From Geosiphon pyriformis uo1 (taxonomy: Eukaryota > Fungi > Glomeromycota), in NCBI GenBank assembly GCA_016748015.1, contig JAAOMT010000074.1:62001-126000 (forward strand): a stretch of 64,000 nucleotides of DNA, given 5' to 3'. A program made the position numbers and the translations under genes. Positions 55,057 to 64,000 of this stretch are shown here, one piece after another. The notes beneath the pieces are model-generated. The model saw only the letters and a list, made by a program, of their open reading frames with translations, had not been told where the DNA came from and searched no databases. The number at the start of each line of letters is the position of its first letter. Position 1 is the first letter of the stretch.

Positions 55057-56023
55057 TTATACAAATTAGAAAACCTTTGACGAGTCGAGAGAGTAGGATT
55101 TTGAGAATGAATAGGTAGGACAAGTAGTTCAAGATAGAAGGTTTGAACAGTCGACAACCCGATATTTTTTCCTGTGAAGGTGATAAAATATATATGGGAA
55201 AAGCCTACACTTGTGAAAATGTCTTTAAAAAGGTCGCTCTATATAAATTGACACATATAATATTGACAAACTAAACTAGTTTTAGTCCGATTCGAACTAC
55301 TGGTATCCACGTTTGAGTTTAGAAAAGATCAAATTAGCCAAACAGATTCTAGGAATCTTGGTTACACGAGGCTTCCGGTTGTAACCGGGGTTCAAACTGA
55401 AGCCCCCTATAAAAATAGGGCTGTTTCCTACATCAAGAAGAGGCTAACCATAATTATCAGATAATTATATATTCTCGGCGTGAAGGGTCAGTTATTTGTT
55501 AAGCTATTTCACTGTTGATGATCCAAGAAATTTTCATCCTAAAAAAAAAAAGAAAAGGAGATTGTGATTTCTCTTGGGAGCATATCATCTTTTAAATATA
55601 TGCAGTTGGGGTGATATTTGATGCAACTTCCAATCTTATTCTTTGTTTCTAATTATTGATGTTATCTAAAGATGTTTTGCTGAAAAATTTAGCCTAAGGC
55701 TGTGAAAAGACGTTATCTTGGTTGAAGATATATTTTTGAAAATATCTCATCATTCAGAAGAATGAAACCATCATTATATTGAATACCTTCGAAGCAGCAT
55801 ATTATTCTATGGATCCCAAGCATTGATTCAATTTTCCAATTTTTTTTTTCAAAATTTTGGGATGCATTTTATAAGAGCTCAAAGAGCTGTGGAGAGCGCG
55901 ATAATTTTAATTCTATAAGTATGTCTAATAAAAAACATGTTTGAAACAATGATTCACAAAAGATTTTACCATGGAAAACTCAAAGTTTTTGTATCGATGC
56001 GCATGAAAGCTTCCTAACATCCG

Positions 56024-56756
56024 TTATTGCACAAAGGGATTGGCAATCTCTTCGGTCCCGTCTACCGGAGATATTAATATAACAGCAGGTCCACGACATA
56101 CAATCAGGCCCAAGTTACGCAATTCATTTGTTAGGCGATTATCTTCCAGATCTGGTCGTGTATTTTTTGAAAAAGCGAAGCCGAGTATTCCAAAATGCCA
56201 AAATAAGAAAAAGGTCAAATTATAGAAAAACTGTAAATTGGAATTAATTTATGATTGAATTATGTAAGAAGTTTACCACGTAACTGTTCTTCAGTATCGT
56301 CTAAGACGAGATTCAATAATGGGTCAAAGCCTTTTAACGATCCGGTTACTTGATTTTTCGTCAGAGAAAAGAGAATAATAAAAAGTAACTACAATAAGTT
56401 AATTTTCGTTAATTCCTCGAACCAACCCTCCGTGACATTCCTTACGCTTTTACCGTCCTCTCTTTACCCGCGACACTGAAATTTTATTACTAACCTTCCC
56501 TGCCTCCGTTAAACTTTACTCGAATCTTTTTGTCCATATACTTTGCCAAATCTAATATTGATTCTTTTTTAAATTTTTGATCAGATCCAAATACGTTCCC
56601 TCCTCCTCTACCACCGCCTCGCCCTCCACGACCACCACTTCCTCGTAAGTTGTGACCTCTTGAGCGACCCTAAAGTAATTTGATTATCTTGGAATTCGAG
56701 GGGACAACGCACACGAACTCAACATTAAAAACAGTTGGACGTACTCTTTCGGACAT
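56024..56756 (-). CDS. LSM7: Sm-like protein Lsm7 with RGG-rich N-terminus (4 exons)
   Basis: KKESILDLAKYMDKKIRVKFNGGRE|VTGSLKGFDPLLNLVLDD...LGLIVCRG...ISPVDGTEEIANPF. Confidence 0.96.
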
Positions 56757-56930
56757 GTTTGTTTGTAGTTGCAACTATGTATAAAGACCTGAAGAACCAA
56801 GCTCTAAACTTAGCCAATCAAATTGATGGGTGTATATCAAATCACTTGAGATCATCAATCTGCATTTTTTTATAAAACCTAGATGCGAACTGGGAGTCAA
56901 TGCTCACACCCTTAAAAACTAGTCGAAAAA

Positions 56931-57278
56931 ATGTCACGTCCCACCCAAGCTACGCCCCACTCTCGAGATTTTACGCGTTACCAATACTTTGCTATCACTT
57001 TAAATTCACCAGTTTCTAATTTTCAATCAAAACTTGCTACCTTTTTCCCTAAACTGGAATATGTAGGCCAGGTTGGAGAGTTGATAGACGTTGTAGAAGT
57101 GCGAATTGCAAAAGAAAAATTGAAGATTGAAACCAATAAAGTTGAAGATGAGTCAGTTAATGAATTCGTGGAAAATTCAACTATTAGAATTGATGAAATT
57201 AAGAAGGGTTTAGAAGAATTGAGGGAGGTTGAAACGGTTGAGGTTCAAATTCCCAGAATACGAACGAAAAGGGTGTAA
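56931..57278 (+). CDS. Small protein resembling a stand-alone kexin/furin (S8) prodomain
   Basis: Intact 115-aa ORF divergent from LSM7, with RDF..YQYFAITL, YVGQVGEL and VEVQIPRIRTKR. Confidence 0.65.
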   Translation: MSRPTQATPHSRDFTRYQYFAITLNSPVSNFQSKLATFFPKLEYVGQVGELIDVVEVRIAKEKLKIETNKVEDESVNEFVENSTIRIDEIKKGLEELREVETVEVQIPRIRTKRV

Positions 57279-57366
57279 TAACTGATTTTAAATCAACCAA
57301 TTCAATAAAAAATTTGACAATTTATTCCCAGTTGAAATTGTATAAAACTTCAATTTCTTTGATGGA

Positions 57367-57447
<81 letters not shown>

Positions 57448-57469
57448 TATCATTATCATTATCATCATC
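57367..57469. repeat. (CAT)n microsatellite
   Basis: Direct observation. Confidence 0.97.
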
Positions 57470-58191
57470 CTAATTCAAAGGATCATGGACGACTTCATAA
57501 CACTTGGCGCTAATCAAATGATTTTAAATGAAAATCTAAGCTATTGTCGAAAATATGATCATTGAATCTTTGAGTTAGTCTCATCTGCACGTAAGTTAAC
57601 GTTTCTCCGATGATCAAGGCAGTCGTGATTAAGATGAGGAAGAAAGAACCCTAGTTTTCAGTGCCTGAAAACGTGATTGTTACACAAATAATCCGACATT
57701 ATTTGGAGAGATCATTATGACGCATCTAGATCGATTATTGAATCGCATTCAAATCATAAAGAAACGCCCCGCATTCAAGAAAAGGCTGGGTTTCAGCCAC
57801 GGGTAAAGGGAAAATTCGTTGGGCTTTTTTTTTTATCATAATTGTTTACAAACAGAAGCTTTTTCTGATAGCCATCTTTTTCCATTGATCGGTTTGAAGA
57901 ATCTATTAAAGATCTCCATTTTAGACTAAATAGTAACATGAAAGGGTTTAAGGTTCTTCCGAATCTTCCGAATAGGGATACTTGGAAGCAAAATTTAATA
58001 AAAGTTTTGATTGGACTAAAAAATTAAAATTTAGTCCCAATCACCATTAACATTGATCATCCATGCGGCTTAACAAAATTCCAATGGTGAAAGTATTTTA
58101 GTTTTATTTTCATAAATAAATAATCTAAAACTGGAAATTAGCTAACGCAATCTTATATCATCACAGCTTACATATCAAAGTTCACGTTTCA

Positions 58192-58583
58192 ATGAATACA
58201 ATGCTTGAAAACCACCAAGATGCTAATAGTGTAACCACTCTCACTTTGGAACAAAGAAATGCTTGGGCAAGGTGAAAAGAAGATATCTTTTTTTTAAAGA
58301 AGGTTTTGCTTATCCCATCCCCTGATATTAAAACAAATTTTATATTCATCAGGGAACAAATCGAATTGAAAGCCCGATTGATAGAGTTTGATGATTTTGA
58401 CTTTGAAAAAATAATAAAAGAGAATGAAAGTTTTTTCTTTTCTAATTTGAATTACATTGGTGGAGTAGATATTAGTTTTGTACAGGATAATGACGAAGAT
58501 GCAGTCGCCTCGTTGGTTGTTTTGAAATTTCCAAGTTTAGAGGTAATGAATTGTTTAAAAAAAAAATCAGATTAATAATAATA

Positions 58584-58621
<38 letters not shown>

Positions 58622-59320
58622 TTTTCAAAAAGAAAATAACAACTCTTTTGGTCTAGGTTGTGTATGAAGATTTTAAAGCATTAAAAATGAATCTTCCTTA
58701 CATAGCAGGATTTCTGGCTTTTCGTGAAGTATTACCTTTATTGGATTTAATTGAAAAATTAAAATCTACCAATAGTGATATATTTCCACAAGTGATCCTG
58801 GTAGATGGGAATGGAGTTTTGCATCCACGACGGTTTGGTTTAGCCAGTCATTTGGGTGTTTTGGCAAATGTTCCAACTGTGGGTGTTGGTAAGAATTTTT
58901 TACAGATTGACGATGGGGAACATTTAACAATGGCTCATATGAAGAAAATATCAAAGGAGGTGTTGAATAAGGGAGGTGACGTTTATTATTTGAAAGGAGA
59001 TTCGGGAAGCTTATGGGGTGCGGTAAGTTTTATGATTTTATATTTTATAATGGGAGCATTGTATTGAAATTGGGAATAATCGATATAACCTTAATGTTAT
59101 TTCCTACTTTTCATAGGCAGTTAGAAGTTTAGATAATACTACAAATCCAATATTTGTTTCAGTTGGACATCGAATAAGTTTAGAGAGCGCAATTCAACTA
59201 GTCTTACAATGTTGTAGGTTTCGTGTACCAGAACCGACACGTCAGGCAGATCTTCGTTCAAGAGAATTTATCCGAAAACGACTAAATCTTACGATCAACT
59301 TATCAGGCGATACAACTTAA
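58192..59320 (+). CDS. ENDOV: Endonuclease V (4 exons; (TAA)n repeat in intron 2)
   Basis: [54 protein letters not shown]. Confidence 0.96.
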
Positions 59321-60572
59321 AAATTTTTCTGAAATTCTTTTTACCTTTTAATCATAACTTTATCGAATATCTGAGTACAACCAATCTATAAATGTTGAAA
59401 TTTTTTCCCAAATAAACGTTACAAATATATATATTTTGAATTACTAATAGTCTAAATATTTTGATTATGGTTTACAATTATTTCTTGCGTCAATCTGAAA
59501 TTTTATTACGATAAGCAAATCAAGAAAATTCTATTTCGTGAAAAATACAGGAAAGTCTATTGAGAATAATTTTAACTTTAAAAATCCCAATTTTCTTCAT
59601 GTGAAAAATTAAAATTAAAATCCCATAACTTTCCAACTGGAATCTAAATTGTTCAACAATTCAATCCCGAATTCTTAGGGAAAAAACTTTATGATTATGC
59701 AGCAAGGATATTACAGTATTCGACACGACCGAAATGTGTTTAAAAAACTTGATTTTTGTCGTGTATTCGCACTTGCTAAGATCGATCACACCACTGGGCA
59801 CTTTGGAGGAGTGCTATTTTATTATGTGCAAGGAATCCGAAGAATCAGTATCGTGAACATTTTTCAAAAAGATAAATTCAGGAATGGTGTTGGACTTGGA
59901 CTTGGGTTTAAATTTTCCAGATCAATTTTTCCCTCATTTTGGAGTGTGTATCTGTGTATAGATTCCAAAGAATAACACAAAAATCTAATCTAATCTAAAT
60001 TTTATATCATTTTAACATAATGTAATACATGTACTTCGTTTCCATTTTCTAAGGAATTTCGATTTATGCCAACGTTTGACCACCAAATTTACCAGAACTT
60101 GAAATAAATTTCTAATTCTGAAATGAGGTTTTTTCTTGAGAATTTTATCTTATTCTATTTTTGCAAGGTGTTCGCATAATTTTTGATGACTATATATGTA
60201 AATTATTAGATTTTTGTTTCACACTTATTTTGATTATTAGTATTATTATTAATTCACCCTCATTTTTGATTATTTTTATTCACCCTTATTTATAATTATT
60301 ATTATTAAACAACAAAGCACTTTGTAATCTTTATTTTGATGTTAGTAACTCCGAATTGCGAATATGGAAGAGGCCCAAAAGGACAAAAATTAAATAAAAT
60401 TGGAATCATCAAAATGAGATCTTTCTTTGTCAATCTTTCTAATATTCTTTTTAATTTAATAAAATTTCCAAGTAGGCCAGAGATTCCTTTCAATAAAAAG
60501 ACTTAAGCCGGGTAAATCTAAAGTAATAAATAAATAAATAATATAATTTACGTAAATAGTGTAGGCCGCTTG

Positions 60573-61760
60573 TCAGGGCAATAAAATCTCAGGCACATCA
60601 AGTAAATGTCTCATTCGTGCTATTTTTACTTTCAAATATTGATCAACCTCACTTTCAGTACGATCAGGATCATAATCCTGTTGCCATGCTTGTGGTATCA
60701 TTGGTAAACGTTCTATCACTTTTATCCCATCATTTTCTATCTGTTCAATTTTATCGGGATTATTGGTAAGCAAACGAATTTCAGTGAGACTTAAATCGAC
60801 AAGAATCTGAGTTGCAATCTCGTATGTGCGAAGATCTGGTGGGTGTTGAAGAAGTAAATTGGCTGTTACTGTATCATGCCCTAGATCTTGTAGATTATAG
60901 GCTCTATTAAAAATATATAAGTTTGGTGCTGATAAGAAAAAATCTGTTTTTCATACTCTATTAGGTAAATGAACCAGCTGATAAGGGAAAAAAAGAAATA
61001 TTTACCTTAGCTTTTCAGCCAACCCTATACCACGACCTTCTTGTCGTAAATAAACTATAACACCTCGGCCTTCCTTCTGAATCAACTGCATAGCTTTTTG
61101 TAATTGTTCACCACAATCGCATCTAGCACTGTGTACCGTTTCACCTGTGAAACATTCAGAATGAATTCTTACTAATGGCGGAGGAGGCACAAGTCGTTGA
61201 TCTGATATCAGTGATGAAGATGAATATTCTAATGTATCTGATCTTATCCTCCCAGGTTTTAACCGTCCAGCGTATGCCCCGCGTAAAATTCTATCCATTT
61301 CCGTTTCGTTGACACGTGGTGTATCTAAAGTTCGGCTACGAATATCATCACCATACACGACTGCCAAATGTTCTTTGTTATCTCCATTGTTCTTGTAAAG
61401 ATACAGAAAAAACTCGCCCGTAGAAGTGGGAATCCTTGCACGCACTTGACACTCTACCTTTGTTGTGGTCCTGGCCAAGGCTAATAGCGAAGGTGGAGTA
61501 GTAGGCGGGGTTGGAGCTGTCTCCGGAGTTCGAAGCGAAAGTCTATGGAGTTGAGGGCCATTATTTTTTATTATATTAGAATAAGCTTTTTTGGTAACCG
61601 CGTTCACAAAAGGACGTTTTCTCGAGGAGGATGAAGACAAAAGGTGACCAGATTTGGGAGTTGTTATTGTTTGTGGTGGTTTTATGTTTGTTATAATCCC
61701 GACTGGTGTGGTTGAGGCCTGTTCAGGCAAGGAGCTTTTTTTAAAAGTAGAAACATCCAT
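60573..61760 (-). CDS. RIB1: GTP cyclohydrolase II (2 exons)
   Basis: [11 protein letters not shown]...[42 protein letters not shown]. Confidence 0.97.
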
Positions 61761-62147
61761 TGATTAAAGATAGGATTTTAGGTCAATGCTAGTACAAGTA
61801 ACTCAATCAATAATCATTGATCTAATGATCCTTTACGATTGCTACCGGGATCGGGCAAAATAATACGCAAAATTTTTTCTTAAAATTCCAAAGCGATTGG
61901 TTTTCTTTTTTTTTTTTCAGCAGGTGATATATATAAAGTCTGTAAAAACGTGTACTACATGTAATACTTTAATTTCATTACAAGATGATATTTGTCATTA
62001 GATTTTCAAGTATTTGTCAGATCTTTTAACAGAGGTTACACCTCATATTCTATCAAGATTTAATTTTCGCAATAACAAAATTTCAACGAATATAAAATCT
62101 TGGCAAGATCTACATCTTCTTCTTAAGATTAAAATTATCTAGAAGGC

Positions 62148-62349
62148 TCATTCAGTGGTTTCACTGTTCAACAAGCTGAGGTACATTGTCCAAAGGACTC
62201 CAATAGAGCTAACAAAAGGAACGCGATATCGTAAAGGAAGAAATCTGAAATTAATGAGTTGTACGAGGGGCCATATCGCATAATTAGCCTTTAAAGCCGG
62301 TATATATGCCTAAGATGCGAAAAATATATATTAGCCTTTTTATTTTTGC

Positions 62350-62419
<70 letters not shown>

Positions 62420-63056
62420 TATTTATTATTTATTATAATGGTTGGGAATGAGCTCTTTCAACAAAGTTTTGACTCTAAATTCTTACCTCACTAAATTTTT
62501 CTTTGATCCCTTGTATTCCATTGCCTTCTAAGAGTCCGATCACACTAAAAAATACCGCTAATCCAATCGGAGCAAATGCTAATTGATCAACCACTGTTCT
62601 TTTACATACAGTGCGCATCATTTGTACCCGGGACATTCCTCCAGCACTAATTCCACCTTTGACATCGATATTCATCGTTTCTTGCGGCATGGGAAATCTT
62701 TTTTCCAGAAAGCTAAACCAATTATGAATAACCGGTGCAAACATAAATCCATAACCAGAAAATCTGGCAAGACGGGCGATATCGAATGCTATTGTAGTCG
62801 TCGTTGTCCCCGCCTCACCACTCGGATTTGTCGAAATAAATGTTTCATGTGTTGGAGGAAGAAATAGATCCATTTCACGAGTCATTAATGGTCCCTGTTC
62901 TTTGAAATTGTTTAATCTTAGGATGGTGATCGCTTGCGCAAGGATATCTGATAAAGCCGCGAGGCTTGCATTTGTTAAAGCCAACGTGATCAAGGGGTGG
63001 CTGTGATATTGAGTGCTGTAGAAACGGTTTGCAGCCACAAAGACATTAAGTGCCAT
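62148..63056 (-). CDS. SYM1: Mpv17/PMP22 family protein Sym1 (2 exons; (ATT)n repeat in the intron)
   Basis: SDILAQ, DIARLARF..YG, DQLAFAP, NYAIWPLVQLINFRFLPLRYRVPFV. Confidence 0.9.
62351..62419. repeat. (ATT)n microsatellite, intronic
   Basis: Direct observation. Confidence 0.97.
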
Positions 63057-63409
63057 TTTTGTTTAATATGAAAAAAGAAATTTGAATTCGTAATGGACAG
63101 CTCAAAAGAATCAACTTTTTTATAAAGATATTTTGTAGGGATGGCCAAATTATCGTATTGATCAATAAATATTCATCGTTATTATATCATCTTTTGATTT
63201 TAATATGCAAAATAAGCTCGCTCGATGACGTTAATATGACTTCCATGAAATGACTTATCTGATATTCGAAATTCAAAAAATTGTTACCACGTGTACTTTC
63301 GAACTCTTATGATCAGTGAAATCGATTTTTCATTAGATTACAGGATTCCCTACGATTTCTTTAACCTTTTTCTTCTAAAAGAATCTAACTCCTTTAGCTT
63401 GTTTACAAA

Positions 63410-64000
63410 ATGAGAAGAAAACAAACTTTTCGCACAACCGTTTGGGACCCTCTTCTAATCGTCGCACAGGTAAGTCATAAACATACTTTTTCTGATTTAT
63501 TACTACTTGCGACCAACCGTTTACTGAATGTTTCTCGCTTCGTACGTGTTAGATCGTTGCTTTACAAACTTTGTATTATAGTTCAATTTCTATTATCATA
63601 CTATTCACTTTATTAATAACTGGAAACGATATCTCACTAGATCACCTTCTAAATTATCGAGAATTTCGTGGAGATACGGTGTTTGGGTGGACTTTAGCAT
63701 TCGCTTGGATAGCCAACTCAGTTGTGGGGTGAGTTTTTGTATAAATAGTTTTATAGGAATAGTAAATACATGATGAAATTTTTCTTGATTTAGAAATTTT
63801 AATCTAACAAATAATTTTTTCTTCAATATTATTACCATTACCGCCCTTTCTACCTCTTCCAATTTCTTGAATGGTCATCCCATATTTAGGATATATCTTT
63901 TGTTACGTGTAGTTGAGCGCGCCAAGCAAGTCTTAGATTTTACGCTTACGCTGCATTTTTTCCATCTGCTTATTACGAGTTACTATTCCGGTCACATACC
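63410..64000 (+). CDS. SYS1: Golgi membrane protein Sys1 (partial, runs off the window)
   Basis: FRTTVWDPLLIVAQ|IVALQTLYY...VERAKQVLDFTLTLHFFHL. Confidence 0.92.

Noticed and set aside
56440-56480. Micro-exon in LSM7 intron 2
   Set aside because: The upstream intron would be only 19 nt.
59691-59975. 94-aa ORF between ENDOV and RIB1 (also 22277-22676, 50378-50560 and 52341-52535)
   Set aside because: No recognisable motif; likely chance or low-complexity ORFs.

Overview
Eukaryotic (fungal) genomic DNA with short spliceosomal introns. The repeat families resemble those I recall from Glomeromycotina/Mucoromycota, possibly Geosiphon; that is an inference, not a search result. Two AT-rich transposon islands (about 1-23.2 kb and 34.5-49.3 kb) alternate with two compact gene islands. 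The TE islands contain four decayed RNase H-bearing LINEs, a Ty3/gypsy element carrying a dUTPase (38474-47694), the 5' end of a second gypsy element and three solo LTRs. The LTR insertions are nested in the LINEs or in the gypsy element; three have 4-bp RYRY target duplications. The TEs show a graded C>T/G>A erosion. The genes are NEDD8, SDH1, SNU13, RLP24, VPS37, DOM34, a NADAR/YbiA gene, a LAMMER kinase, LSM7, a stand-alone kexin-prodomain-like ORF, endonuclease V, RIB1, SYM1 and partial SYS1. The best novelty candidates are an unannotated, densely base-paired ~0.8 kb non-coding region (49.8-50.6 kb), a box C/D motif over the SNU13 branch-point region coupled to a stop-generating alternative acceptor, RIP-like mutation of the TEs, and the dUTPase plus Cys-rich retrotransposon architecture.
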